Origin: Marsupella aquatica
Lineage: Eukaryota > Plantae > Marchantiophyta
Reading direction: 5' to 3'
NCBI GenBank assembly: GCA_973895155.1
Contig: OZ316898.1
Location: forward strand, 15,592,330 to 15,656,329
Length of the DNA: 64,000 bases
Every line of letters begins with the position of its first letter. The stretch's first letter is position 1. The position numbers and the translations under genes are program-made. The notes beneath the pieces were generated by a model, which saw only the letters and a list, made by a program, of their open reading frames with translations, did no database searches and was not told the origin of the DNA. Shown here in pieces: positions 38,843-52,450 of this stretch.

Positions 38843-39367
38843 GGGGTACACAACATCATCAGTTATCTCAAAAATTTTAGAATCTCAGTTGAGGAGTTGA
38901 GATGGGGCCTTCGAACTTCCGCTCATCTCAGCTGGGTAGCCGAGGTTGATTCAATCTCAGCTGACCTCGCCGAGATGGGCGTACGGACCGAATTTTATTT
39001 TATTTTAAAACCAAAAAAAAATCCCCTCAAAAAAACATTTTGAACAAATTTTTTTTCCCCATCTCAGCTGGCCTCACCGAGATGGGGCGTACGGACCAAA
39101 AAAAAACGTGAAAAAAAAACCAAAAATTTTGAAAAAAAAAATTCCGTAAATTTTTTTCCCATCTCGGCAGGGCTCGCGGAGATACGTGTCCGTACGGTAC
39201 GGACGCCTCATGGCGAAAAAAATTTGAAGAAGAAAAATTCAAGAATTTTTTTTTCTTCATTTTTTTCTTTTTCGCATCGCAACTTGGCGGCCTCTCTGAG
39301 ATGAGGTGGCAGCTGATATCAGGTACACTGATGAAAGTGACTGATAACTGATGAGATTACTTATCTC
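38843..39367. mobile_element. 525-bp non-autonomous MULE-type element (MITE)
   Basis: 9-bp TSD TGTTCTAGA/TATTCTAGA. Subterminal inverted CATCAGTTATC/GATAACTGATG. Ends GGG.../...CTC. Internal CCGAGATGG(G)GCGTACGGACC duplication. Confidence 0.8.
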
Positions 39368-41262
39368 TATTCTAGAAATTTGGGGATAGCATATACCGTT
39401 TTTGTAATTGATGGGCGAGTTATAAGTTTGCCTTGTGAGCATGCTAGGCAGGGTTGTTGTTGTGTGGGTGTTTTTGCCACTGGCGGTATACCCACTGAGT
39501 CTTTAATGATTTTATGGTACATGGTTGTCCCAGGGTGTCCCAGGCGGTTATGCCAGGTGATGGATATGTTTTGCTTGCTGGGTTTCGTATAGTGTGATTG
39601 TATTCTTGTGACATACAATCCTGGAGGTCAGCTGAGAATGTTTCTTGGATATGTCATCCTTTTTCAGTTCTCTTTATAATCTGAAGGACTTCTCTCCTGT
39701 TTTGTATGCTTGTATAAATATGCAGGTTATTTGCCCTTATGTCTTGGAAATTGATCAAATTTCTGGTGGCTGTGGGTGCATATATGGCTGATTCGATGTG
39801 GATGACTGTCCCTCTCAGGAATATGACAGTAGCTGGTCCCTGGCCATGTTCAATCTGTTTCTGGCCAGAGATCGTGGTAATGGTTCGGGATGAGGGTGTG
39901 ATGTGACTGAAGTGTTTTCTCTCTTTTAAGATGGTATGTGATGTGCCGCTGTCCAGTATACAAATGGTTGGGTCTTTTAGGTAGATGGTATTTTTGCCAT
40001 GGGTAGTGATGTATGTTTCAGGTGAAGCGGGTTCGGTCACATATTGTGTGAGGTCTTGTGGTAATTCAAGGAAGTTTCCCTGGGGTTCTTTGGGGGAATT
40101 GTTAATACTGTTTTGGTAAAGTTTAACTAGATGTGAGGGGGCTCTACAATCTTTTTTGGCATGTCCAAGTGTACCGCATCGGAAACATTTTGTAGGGTTG
40201 TTTCTCTTATCTGATATGCCGTTGTTAGTTCTTCCTCTCTCTCTGTTGCGTTCTCCCTCTCCCTCTATTTTGCCACTGTTGCCGGTTGTTTGGGGGGTTA
40301 TACGTGCTTCCTGCGCCCCTTCCTCTTTGGAGTTGGGTTCTGCCTTTGCCTGCAAAACGTCCACCTCTCCCCCTGAAGGTACCCCTCCCCCTGTATCCCC
40401 TTTGGTTTTGACTGTTATATTGTGTTTCAGGTTTTGGTGTGGGTGGGAGAGTACCTGGGGGTCTTTCTTTGAGTTTTCAAGCAATAATATTTGGTGCTTC
40501 TTGACTAATAGCATATGTGCAATTAGCTGGGAGTATCTTGTAAATGCCATGTTTCGGTATTGGGAGGCTAATACCAAATTTGCTGCATGAAATGTTGACA
40601 GGGTCTTCTCGATCTGCTCCACATCGTCTACCGCGTGCCCACAGACCGTGAGTTGTGATAGATTCAAAACAATTCACTGTTGTATTTGGCGACTGTCTTG
40701 TGGTCTTGGACCCTTAAATTTATCCAATCATGTCTCGCTGCTGGGAGGGAAATTAGCCGCATATGATCAAACCAAAGTTGCAATTCATCCCATATAACAC
40801 TCTCAGATTATATTCATTTAAGTATTGGGTTTTTAGGGCGTCAGCCAGGGATGCCTTATGAAAACGAGTGCCTTCGCTTTCTCTTGAAGTGTGGGCCCAT
40901 TGTCGGTGATTATAGAGTCTTGTAGAGATTTAGCGGCTAAGTGGGCCTCCATATCCATTGACCATGTTAAATAATTTGATCCGTCAATAGCTAATTCTCG
41001 GAAGCTGAGTTTTTCTAGAGACATTTTTGCCCTATCCATGTAGTCTCTTTCAATTGCTTTGCCGCTCAATCTGAAAGTATCCTAATGTATAATCTTCAAT
41101 AGTTTGTGTGCAACTTCTGCTGTTTTCCCCGCTGTTTTCGTGCAATTCGTTCTTTGATTGGATGTGGTATCTCGTTTGTAAGAAGTCATATGCTGAACAA
41201 TTCTTCCAATTTCAATCCTTCGTCTTTGTCGTGGCCTATATCTATGGCTGAAAAAATTGAGA

Positions 41263-41275
41263 CGTGCTGATAACG
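41263..41275 (-). promoter_or_regulatory. Copia primer-binding site complementary to the anticodon arm of tRNA-Ile (half-tRNA primer)
   Basis: CGTTATCAGCACG directly after the 5' LTR. Its complement CGTGCTGATAACG equals the tRNA-Ile(IAU) anticodon stem-loop. Confidence 0.7.
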
Positions 41276-41412
41276 TGTTACAAGGAGCACACCATAGCCA
41301 AGTTACTTAACAATCTTAGATACACATGTGAGGTTATAGGAAGGTGGTTGTATAACCGCTCCTTAACCTATGTACTTAGGGTTAAATCTAGGGTTAGCTT
41401 CAACTCATAACA
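41276..41412 (-). repeat. Copia 5' LTR (137 bp)
   Basis: TGTTA...TAACA termini; matches the two halves of the split LTR. Confidence 0.92.
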
Positions 41413-41439
41413 TACATGTCATTTGAAAAATTGAGGATG

Positions 41440-42851
41440 CATTTGTCCGTGAGTTTTTGCAGGTGGCATTATCTCAGGATGTTCTTCACATCAACCAGTT
41501 GGTGGATTGCCTTCATGATTTTGGTCATGTGCTTCATCCAGAGCCCTTCATACCCTCTTTGGACCATTCCGCCTACTCCCTTGTTTTTGTCTTTGCTTAA
41601 TTTCACCCTTTGATACCACTGTGATGGAAACCTTTGGATACCTTATTGGACTAGAGCCCTTGATGGAGGGGATGGTCCTTTTGCGGCTAAACAAGTTGCC
41701 CTGCCGCCTTCCAGCGGTGGCATGGGTATAATTTCCTCAGCGGTTCCTCTGCCCCTTGTGCCTTGGGAGTTGGGCTCAGGTGGTCCCTACCCTGCTCTTG
41801 CTCCTTGTTTCATTGTGGATCTCCAACCCATCCTCTTTGACCATGTCATGGGGGTTGAGGAGGGGGTCCTCCCTTTCAAAGTTTGCCTATGCCAGACCTG
41901 TTCACTCCTGCCCGAGGTTGTGCAAGCCATTGTTCCTAACTTCATGGAGGTGGTTCGAGACAATCCGGACCGTGTCTAGTGGGTGATTTCCAACCACGTG
42001 CACCGTCACACCCTTTCCAGTATGCTCTCGGACGCACCTTCCAATTTGTTTTGGCTCGCCTCCTATCTTGTGCAAGAACTGATTTCCTAAGCTTGGTTGG
42101 TTGCTAGTCCTTTGTGGCCCCCTTTTGTATGAGCTCTTTCTCTTTACCACTTCACTACAACTTAGGTTGGGATTGCCTCACCTTTGCCTTCTTGGCCAAC
42201 CCATAGTCATGTGCTTGTGGAGCGTCGGTGGATTCATTGGGAGTTCATATTCTCAAGTGTGGCCATGGGAGTGAGAGGACTGCCACCCATGATGACATTC
42301 AGGACATGGTGGTTGCCTTTGCCCGGGACTCTAGTTACCATGTTGCCATGGAGCAACAACATGTTCTTCCCCCTTGGGATGGTCTTCCTGACCGGCGACG
42401 AGCAGATCTGGTCTTTTCTAGGGTTAGGGTTTGTGCTCTTGGGGATGTGGTTGTTGTTGACCCTAATGGGGGAGTCATGCCACAGCTGCCACCCATGTGC
42501 CTGGCCATGCATCTGCCAAGGTGGCCTGGCTCAAGGAGGAGCCCTATACAGATTGCTACCAAAGAGATCTTTTCTACCCCTTTGCCTTTGAGGTTTTTGG
42601 TGCTCTCCACCCTAATTCGACCAGTTCTTGCGGGCCTGTGTTGTTTATTGTATTGAGAGGAGGCCTTCCCCCTATTTTTGTCCTCACTGCCTTTTTTTGG
42701 CAATGGGTGTGTGTGGCTCTTCAGTGGACACCCTCCTTTGCAAGGCTGAGGTAGTTGGCTTTAGGGCCTCTCGACAAGTTCTGCTTTGGGACCCTCCTTG
42801 CAATTTACTCTGGAGCTCTACCAGGTTTTTCAGTTCTCCGCTCAGTAGGGT
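41440..42851 (+). pseudogene. Non-LTR retrotransposon 3' fragment with CCHC + restriction-like endonuclease (CRE/R2 group)
   Basis: CACG..DSLGVHILKCGHGSERTATHDDI...RRADLV...GDVVVVDP; heavily frameshifted. Confidence 0.75.
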
Positions 42852-42856
42852 GTTAG

Positions 42857-45800
42857 TGTAAGTAGTCAATAATTCCAAAGGCATGTAGAAATCAGATTTT
42901 TAAATTTTTTTTGAAGTATTAAACTATATTTTCTGATAACTATAGAGTAAACTGCACTCCAATTAAAGTCTGCCAAAGTTACGAGTCCTTGAGTATAAGT
43001 TATGGGTAAACCACGTTATGAGTTTATGAGTATATGGGTATATGCATTGATGAGTATATGGGAATACGTGTTTAAGAGGTTACGGGTATAAGGGTTTACT
43101 CCTTACGACTTACAAGTTTGCGATGAGTCCTGTGATCGTGACATGCTACGGCTAACTCCAACGGGACTTTGCAACCAAACAAAGAGTGCGCCTTAAAGGG
43201 GAAGGGATGCAGGACATGGGCGCTCATTCCTGACTTCTCTTCCGCCTTACCTCACACCTCTCTTGACCCAAACAATTCTTCGTGTAGCACACTGAGCAGA
43301 ATTCAAGCTATGGCAGACTGGGTGCTGACGAGCAGTACCGTGTTGAAGCTCTAGCAATTCTAAGGGGTATAGTAGCACAAATTCCACAGGCGCCCGATAG
43401 TTGTGCTAACTCACATGCATCTTTACAATAGCTAGGACTATAGCTTCTACTGGAGATCCCCTGGAATGTGGAACTTGACACTTATTTACAAGAATTTTGA
43501 CAGACCATTCAAGCTCATCCGAGTTTGTGGACAATTGAGCAGATTGCTTTCACCTTTGGCTGCTCATCAGAAGGAGAGGCATTGTATTCTAAGAAAAAAG
43601 ATTTATCCACACCTTACTTCTCAAGAATTTGAAATCTCAAGAATGGTTGGAATTTGACATAGTGTACTTATCCTGAATTGAGAGTTCTCTTAGAATTCTC
43701 TGTGCCAATTCTTCGCCCAAAAAAGCCAACCCTCTGTCCTGTAGCCTTGGCAAATACTATTGTAGTTGCTCACAGTGGAGCTATCGAGGTGAATTGGGCC
43801 TTATTAATCTTTAATGTTATGAAAGATCAATTGAATAGTCTGAGGGTAGGAAGACCCACTTGTTTGTAGAATTATCTGTCTCAGTTCTACTCTGCCCATT
43901 GCTGCTTACACCTTGAAGAGAGAACGGAGAGAGGGTTACTCCTAATCGAATTAGGTCAAGGAAGAAATTTTGATAGAAGAACCAGGACAGGTCATTCCAC
44001 CGGATTTCAATGATCAGGATGTTGATGTGGACATTGATGATAATATGGAGGATGTCTCAGTAGGTGGTTCTGAATCTTCACCTGTACACAAATTGGAGGA
44101 CATCTATCATCTAATGTATGCATTTTACTCTCCAAGGGAAACCAGTGGTGCAGATCAACTGGAAGCTGAAGGAGACAAGTTTGTACCTGAGCAACAAGAA
44201 GATGTTGCTGAACCAACTATTGCTGCCATTCATGGGGCCACCACGCCCACTTTTTTGAAAGCTGAGTCTAATCAGCAACTCATTGATAAGTTAACCTCTC
44301 TCTGTGGTTGTAGTGATGCTGAACTCTATAATGTGGTTAGTGACTTGAGAATGGAGTTACTTAGTCTACAGGTAGTCATCTTTTCCAGATCAGTTGACTC
44401 CTATCAGAACAACTTCACCCATAGGAGGTTCATAATCAAAAGAATTTGTTATTCTCACTCCTACCACACACCAAAATCCCCCTATAGAATAGTGTGAACC
44501 TATCTCAGGAATAGGAAACATAAGTTGTGTTGTAGTTGTAAATGACCTATTGGAAATGCTTTAGTGTGAACCCAAGGAGATAGTCTCCGTTGTTAGTGAC
44601 TTAATTCAGAAGTACCCAATACCCAAAGGCCCTCACAATCAAGGTGCCTGCACTTGTAGTCCAGATTCTAGTTATGAGCCAACAGATGGACCTATTTTTA
44701 CTCAACCTCAGTATGAACATCCTTATGTTAGGCATGATCTTCGTGAAGACTTAATTCGATCCACCCTCAGACGGTGAAACTTATAGATCTTATGATAATT
44801 CTCCTGAGTCATCACCAAGACAAGGATTTGAAGATGTTGATGTTGCATTACGGTTGAATCCCAATCTAGTGGCTGTAGTTACTTCTTCTACTCAAACTCC
44901 TAGAAATGCTACTATTGAGAGCAAATACCCCAGACATCCTGAGTCACAAGTACACACGTATGCCACCACTTGCAAAAGAATGCAAGCCAACAGACCATCG
45001 ATTGGAGAATTCTGAAGATACTACTATCTGAAGAAGACTGAGACTAGTTACATCTTTGACCTCAGGTATCATGGTACTTTTAGAGTGGAGATGACACAAT
45101 TTGATGAATTTTGGACTGACTCTATCTACTTCCGGCCCATTCTTGCTGCGATGCTGCTACAAGATTCTTGCTGAATTCAACCGATTCTTCAGGGATGTCA
45201 TTTGGAGACTTTGTCCTTTCTATTCTAGGATGATGAGAACTGAAGATTTCCTATTCCATTACCCTAAAGTATATGCTGCTACCTGCAATCACTATAATGT
45301 GATTGGGATCTACCGAGAAGCACGTCGTATAGACTTGTGTTACTTAAGGAGAAGAATGCCTTTGATGTATCCTGAGAGGCAATTAAGATGCCTACCCTAT
45401 TCTCGAGGATCATCACGACAAAGTGAGCTTATGGAAGTTACTCAATCTTGGACTGTTACCCTCGTGGAGCTTCTTGAACCAGATGATATCTGACAACAAG
45501 CTTGAGGCAAAATCTAAGTGTTTTAGTTAGTTTTAAGAGTAATGCATCTTTTCTGATTTTTCTAAATGTGTTCTAGAGCTTTAAAAGTCACGAGACTTCT
45601 TCAAGAGGTAGTCTGTACCTAGAAAAACCTACTAGCAAAATTTCAGAGTTTTTTGAGCCAGGAGTAGAAAGCTAAAAATAGTTGAATTTGATAAGTTTTT
45701 AAATATACGCTTATACGAGTTTACGAGTTTACGCCTATACCAGTTTACAAGTTTACGCCTATACCAGTTTACAAGTTTACACTTTTATGGGTTTACAAGT

Positions 45801-46719
45801 TCATACTTAGCCACTTTTCTGGCTTTTCACTTATAGAATGATCATTTTAACTTGTTGAGGGGTATGAAGAGGCATCTCTTTTCGACCCTGTGACCCTGTG
45901 ACCTCTCTTTCTGTAGATTTTTACTATAAGATAGCTCTACCACTAGTGTAGTTTATGAAAAAGTTTTGCATTTTTGCCTCTTCCTTGTGTTAAACCAATT
46001 GATCATGAATCTATGAGTTCAAGGTTAGGTTTAACAAATAGGAAAGACTTTCCTCCTTCTTGTGTTTGTACCTCTATTTATAAACACAGGAAGTAAAATT
46101 CATTTGTGCAAAATCTTTGGAGTTGTGATGATAGATTCCTTTTCGGTGATTCATTGCAATCTCTTGAGTTCTTAGAGTTAACTCATTGAGTTTAAGTTTT
46201 ATTGGAATTGATGGATTTCTTTCATGTTGCTTAGTACCATCTAAATGTTGAAGTAGCTACCTTTTAGATTTTGTCTGAGTATCACTTAGAAAGAAAAGAC
46301 AAGACGTGTTGATGGCACTTTAAAAGAGTACTCTAGTAAACATTTTAGACCTGAAAAGCAATGTGGATTTGAATCTTATAAGTCTTTTCATTTTGACTAA
46401 TGTTTAAGGAGTAACCTTGGTACAACCAGACTTCCTTAGCATACTTTAAGATATTTTTCAGTGTGTTTTGTTAATTATTTCCTTTTATTAATATATGTTT
46501 ACACAATGTTGAGTTATCATTGAAAACTACTCACCGTTGTGGAGCGATCTTCAAAATACCTTAGTAAAGTAATCAAATTTGATTACTATGTGTGGGAAAC
46601 ATCTTTTATTATTATTATTGTTTAAAACTATCAAACCAACCTCATCTTGTTCTTTACGAGAACAAATACCGAGTTTGAAGACCTTTAAGTGTGTTTTTGG
46701 TTCTTCATGACAAACTACA
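42857..46719 (+). mobile_element. LTR-A2: second 3.9-kb LTR-A element
   Basis: TGTAAGTAGT...AAACTACA, TSD GTTAG/GGTAG. Colinear with 400-4414, including the ORF remnants. Confidence 0.82.
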
Positions 46720-47749
46720 GGTAGCCTTCACGACTCATTTGTAGGTTATTTTTTTGTCTTTGTTCCTTTGTCGGCTTTTAGTTGGGGACCCCTTGGCTTG
46801 TTTTTCTTGGGGCCCTTTCCCCTCTTTTCTTCCCCTTCATTGGGTTGCTTTGTCTTTGGTATCTTGTCTCCCGGTATATGGATTTGGCATTTTTGTAAAT
46901 ACCAAAAATGAGTGGTAGTGTAAATTCAAAATCTTTAGTGACAATAAAGATATTTGTAAAGTGCAACCCAAGTTTTATGGACCAATTGTGGTAACCGGGT
47001 ATGAGTCATCAAAGTGTTCTGATAATTGGAAAGTAATTACAATTTCTTTAGGAGCTTGAGTTAACACCAAAAGCAAACGAGTTAGGGCCACAGTTTGCCT
47101 TTAAAGACTTGCAAAGCAACCGGTCTTGCATTCAAAACTTGTAGAAGACAATTGGTCTTCAGTTGACTGAACAGGAGTCGTGTTTGTTGGTGTGCTATGG
47201 ATGTTGGATCAGTAAGAGAAGCTGCTATTTCTTGTGAGATAGTGTGCTTCCCAGGAGACTGATGACAATGGTCTTGATCATGACGATGACAATGAAATTG
47301 AGCATTTAGCGCTTCCTAGTGGACTGATGACGGTGGTCCTGATCGGGCGGAGAAGGATCAATGCCGTAGTAGGTAATTATTTGGAAGCTATTTCTGGTCC
47401 GTGATGAGTACTGATAGCTTTTGCGTAGTTTTCTCTTGACTTTGTAGTTTAATTCAATGTGGGTTGTATCAGCTAGCCATTGTTTGAGTTGTCTAGACTT
47501 TTCTTTCCAACTGAATTATCATGTGTAACATTTCTTGTCTCGTGATCAGCTTTGAAACTTGCAGAAGGGCCATTGAGCATGAATACGACATCAATTGTTG
47601 TTACATATGAAAGAGTGAACCTCTTTGGCTCAGGATTGTTTCTTGAATTCTTGATCTTTGGAGCTCGTTAATGATCCATGCCTTGCCTTCCCTTGCATCA
47701 ATCTACTCCAGGGCTTGCTCATTGATTAGGAGACAGACGTTGGAGGATC

Positions 47750-48893
47750 ATGGATTTGTTCCCCAATTTATATCTTGAATTCCAGACAGGTCTGCCACCT
47801 ATAGACAACAAAATCGATGGTGAGCTTGAAGAGTTTGACTTGCAATTATTCATGTTCATGACGATGGCAATGCAGGCGTACTTGATACTCCTTGATTGTT
47901 TTCAACCAGTTGAGCTTTTGATTGAAAGTCAAATGACAGTGAATCCTGCAAGGCCAATTGACAACCTCTTGTCCAAGTATGCAGCAACGCCACAACTATT
48001 CAAGGACTCAAGCAATTTCACTCTCGAAGAATCTCATGAGCTTTGTACATTGGTTTGTCCGACTATTGAGTCAAATGCAAGATCGACAAGCCAAGGCCAT
48101 AAGCTTAAGGGCAGGCCTTGCGAAGCTTCACCAAAGCAAAGATTGTTCAGTTTCATTTTGTATATGAAACATGACAACACAATTTACCTAGATGTTGCAC
48201 ATTGGAACTGGGCAAAATCTTCCGTGTGTGATGATGCAATTTATGTTGCATCTTGTGTCAATGAAGCCATAGCAAATCAATGAGATCCGTTGGCCTAGGG
48301 TTGAGGAGAGAATAGAGCTAGACCAGGTCATTACAAATTTGCCAGGGTGTATTGGTTTTGTGGATGGAAGTCTTTGCAAGATTTGGAGGCCTTTTGAGAA
48401 TGCAAACCATAGCAAATTGTTTCAAGGTCAAAAACAAATGTATTGCTTGAATTCCATTGTCTTGGTAGACCATAATGGTTTGTTCATTTATGTAGACCCA
48501 GGATATCTTGGGAGTTTTCATGATGTTACTATTTTGAAGGACTCTTGGGTGGAGCAAAATTGGCTACATTTGTTTGCCAACCAGCTAGGGTACTCAAAAT
48601 TTGTCTTAGGTGATCAGGGGTACACCAGCATGGAGAAGTTCATAATGAGAAGTTTAAGCAAGGTTGAAATCAGGGCTATGGGTTTAGATCAAAGCCTAGT
48701 GAAAGTTTTCAACAAAATGCATGTTGGATACAGGGTGCAGGTGGAGTGGGGTAATGGTGGGATGAAGCAGAAGTGGTGGAGGCTAATGAAAAGATTTGAC
48801 CTAGTTAAGCCAAAGTTTAACATAACTTTCAAGGCGGCTGCTCTTCTCACCAATTTCTCCATAGGAGACGGAGAGACATGCATATGGAGATGA
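47750..48893 (+). pseudogene. PIF/Harbinger transposase (DDE_Tnp_4-like), frameshifted near 48283
   Basis: GCIGFVDGS, GSFHDVTIL, LGDQGY, FNKMH..YRVQVEWG.GGMK.KW motifs. Confidence 0.88.
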
Positions 48894-50444
48894 TTGCAGG
48901 GCCACAAGTCAGGGCAGATTGGGGGTGGGCAGGAGACTATTGATGCGAATGTAGTCTTAGGATGAGGCATTGATACAATGTTAAAGTTCAGTGTGCTTTT
49001 TGAGTTAATAGTTTAAAACTGGGGGCAGTCGATCGAACTGCATATAGTGACAGTGGATCCTGGTAAAGGTATCCTTGTCAAATTCTACTTTTCAATAAAT
49101 GTTTCTCTTTCCTTTTCTCTTGGTGAATTTGTGCATTGGGTTGTGTGTTCTTTATTGCTTTTGTGCAGTGTTGTCATACTCTGAAACTTTCCATCTATCT
49201 TGGGCCTGCTTGGACACTATTTACTTTTCATTTTTTCTTGAAACATATTTTATATATTGCATGAAATGGATTGTCATCGTGAGATACCATGCAACAAGAA
49301 TATTTTAGAAGTCGTGCACAACGCACTATAGTCCTAGATAGGATACTCACATGCCACAAGAATATTTGGAAAGTGCTCTTGTCTCAACGCAATCTGGAAC
49401 CTTTCTTCCCTATTGCCATGCGGCCCACAGACTCACAAGTAGGCCCGGCTTTTTGGATGGCTCAGTCATGTTAACCAGTTACAAGCTTGCCAATTCTATT
49501 GGTAGTTGAGGGGAAATGTATGAACTAGACTCAGATTATCTTCAACGTAAACTAACAGTTATTTTAGGCTATTGCTACTTTATGCATGCGTCTCTCTAAA
49601 TTGTTTCGTCATTTTAGTTATTGTAAGTTTTCTAGACCCTAAATTTGTTTGGTAAATAGTCATTTGACTACCTCAGTAGACATATGCATTTCTCGACGTC
49701 AACAGTTACAAATGTCGTAACAACTCTTGTAGATTAGTAGTGCCCTAACAAATCCTATGAGGGTAGTGTTTTTTGTCTCTTCCTTTGTATTTCTCTCATA
49801 ATCTTCCAGCTACCACTGTGTTCTCCACAAGCGTTGTGGTCAACTCAGTACACTAAGTCCTGAAAACACCGTGCAAACAACACAGGTTTGGACCCTGACA
49901 TGGACAGTGCAATGGGTGAAGGAAAATTAAGGGAAGCTAGCTATTGCCACAAACACAACATTGGGGACTGTTTGTTGGGCTCCATGCATGCCGCGTGGTG
50001 TGTGGTGGTGCTATACTTACATCATAGGATGCTGCTCTCCAGATAGAGTAATAAAGGTCTCTCTTCAAGAGTGATTTAGGGTCGGTCGGACACAGACAAA
50101 CCTGATTATGAAAGAGAGGGTTTCTCAACTTTCCCCTTCATCTCTTTGTGCTTTTGTTTGCTCTAGTATAGTTGTTGAGCTCTACATTGTGTTATTTTAT
50201 GCTCATAGGAGTCTTTCAAGTATTGGGCAGAGATAGTTCAAATTCATATGCAGATGATCCAGACTTAGTGAGATGGGATCTCAATGACCTCAAAGGTGGG
50301 GGTACGTGGGTGTTTTGTTGTAGGAGCCAACAACCCTAGCAACACCTATTAGTACTTAATTCAGCCTCATGAACCACATTTGATGAATCGACCACTTTAT
50401 GTGTACTATAATCTTATGAACGATGAAGCCATTGCACTCGCATG

Positions 50445-51574
50445 TCAAGCAAAATTGTCAAAACTGCCCGATACTGAAGAATCTGTTGTGTTCTTCATAC
50501 CCACCGTAGTTGCACGCGGATTCAAAGTCAAACCTTGTTCCATGTGCATCTTTGCAACTTTCTCTGCCTCTCTTGAAAAAACTTGCTTGCTCGGATGGTT
50601 ATGATCTCCGATGTGAATGGCAAGCCGCGACATATGCTTAGCAGACTCGGCATCAACTTTGGAAGACGTGTACATGTAGAACATCATCGTTGGACAGGAC
50701 TCAACACAAAATGGGCGCTCCCAACAATAATGATAGACAATCCCACCCTCAGGAATGAGTTGCCCAACTACGTGCGATCCAGAAATCTTAGGAACTCTTG
50801 CCCAAAACTTTGCATTCCTCCTTTTATGTTCGGCCCAAAACTGACATGAATTGTTACGACATTCCAGGGAACCCGTGCAAAAGACTTTCCTAAAATCCCA
50901 CACCTTTTTTGGGAGAAGATTTGCGGAAGTCATGACAATCCGAGTCCAATAGTAGCAGTCCTTGCCGCGATCCATGTCCCGGAGGCGTTCATCTTTTGAG
51001 CAAACTCCAACAACTGGAGGCAGTTCAAAAACAATATTCCCATTGTACGTGCCAGGCAAGCTTGATACTTGCTCAAATCGGTAATCATTCCTTCGCATGA
51101 ATCTAGAGATCTCACTCTGGCCTTTTGATTGTAGAATCGCATCAAGAGCACTCCTCCGGTACACAACTGAATCGGTCGTCCACCCATGGACCGTCTCCAC
51201 TTTCACGTTGTTCTGAGGAAGACGAAGCTTCACCAAATCTTCATCATCGCTACTATCTGAAAGGTCAATCAAATCAACTTTCAGCTTCCCCTTTGAGGAG
51301 GATGGTACCTCAAATTTTCCCAAACTAACGATGTCATACTTCATCCCACCGCACAACCTCCAATACCGAACTCCTTCAATGAAATAAACATCAACCACCA
51401 CTTCCTCTCCCGAGATAACTATTCGCTGTATGCTTTTCCTAGGAATTCCAAACCTGGTGGCAAGATATTCCTCAGAAATTTCATCATTTTTCTTAGGATC
51501 AGCGAGAAGGATTGTCACAAGGTCGCCAGGCGGACAGCGAGAAATTACAATTCGTGAATCCATTGGAAATGGCG
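50445..51574 (-). pseudogene. Mutator-like transposase N-terminal part (GCM-type Zn finger), truncated before the DDE core
   Basis: Aligns with ORF 17272: YNGNIVFELPP, RLRDMDR.KDCY.WTRI, CTGSLECRN, RLAIHIGDHNHP. Confidence 0.85.
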
Positions 51575-51749
51575 TACAGAAATGTGAGGCCACCTAAATT
51601 CATTTGTGTCGAATAAAACTGTTACAAATACGACAAAGTGACCTATTAGCAATGAATGCTTGTCGTTTTCTAATGGAATTACACATGTCAGCACCTACCA
51701 AGAAAAGCTTATTGATCAAAATTTGAACATAAATTTCAAGGCACACAAA

Positions 51750-52450
51750 TAATAGCCCTGGCGCTAAGTAAGTGAGATGAAAACTTCAAGCTCCATATGC
51801 ACATAGTAATGTATGGTTTGACAAGCATCATCTCAGATGACACGATTGTCCAAATTCCCTTTGATAGCGCCAGGTGCTAGCAAATATGTATCATGCATAT
51901 CTGGTCCATAACGGTAACTCCCAATGCTAGCTACTGGCGCTAGCAAATATGTATCATGCATATCTGGTCCGTAACGGTAACTCCCAATGCTAGCGCCAGG
52001 CGCTATCAAAGGAGTACTCGATAATCAAACGGTAACTTTAACGGTTATCAGGTTAATGTTTATTAGCGCTCGGCGCTAGTAAACTATTCGAAAAGAAATG
52101 TTCTATTCTCAAAGGAATATTATCTTCCGTGTTATATATGAGAGGATAAAGATACCATAACGACATATCCCTATGATAGCGCCAGGCGCTAACAAAACTT
52201 TGAGTCAAATTTTGAAGGTTCTAGACTATAATATTTTACTAGCGCTTGGCGCTAGTAAAAACTTATATGCTAAAATACAATTTCTTGAACAAATATGATG
52301 TTCATGATAGATTCAAGGAACCTTCACAACGGACGCCAATGATAGCGCCGGGCGCTATCTAATAACAACTCGCTCTTCAACGGTAACTTCAACAAACATT
52401 TTAGTCGATTCGAGTATAATATTTATGGAGGTATCAGGTCAACGGTAACT
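51750..52450. promoter_or_regulatory. Divergent intergenic region with 8 palindromes, a 63-bp tandem repeat and 5 AACGGTAACT motifs
   Basis: Palindromes at ~51753, 51865, 51928, 51991, 52063, 52177, 52240, 52343. AACGGTAACT at 51910, 51973, 52028, 52379, 52441. Confidence 0.7.

Larger units (their letters stand above)
35260..41025 (-). pseudogene. Copia gag-pol (gag with CCHC knuckle, protease, integrase, RT, RNase H), disrupted
   Basis: KLSFRELAIDGSNYLTW (Bianca-type gag), CFRCGTLGHAKKDC, ILDSGTSH, WHNRLGHPG, QNGMAES, MDVVTAYLYG, GYADAGYLSDPH, LYEDN. Confidence 0.92.
6468..41412 (-). mobile_element. Ty1/copia LTR retrotransposon, Bianca-like, with nested insertions
   Basis: 5' LTR 41276-41412. 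3' LTR split into 6468-6588 and 34515-34564. TSD TAGAT (6463-67) / TACAT (41413-17). PPT AAGGGGGAG next to 34565. gag-PR-INT-RT-RH order on the minus strand. Confidence 0.9.

Noticed and set aside
41255-41280. tRNA-Ile gene
   Set aside because: Only 13 bp of the anticodon arm; it is the retrotransposon PBS.
49300-50380. Short ORFs with Cys clusters (possible LINE scrap)
   Set aside because: Too degraded to assign.
51750-52360. Regularly spaced palindromes resembling a CRISPR array or REP elements
   Set aside because: The repeat is only 15 bp, spacers are partly duplicates of each other, there are no cas genes, and the context is an intron-containing eukaryotic TE.
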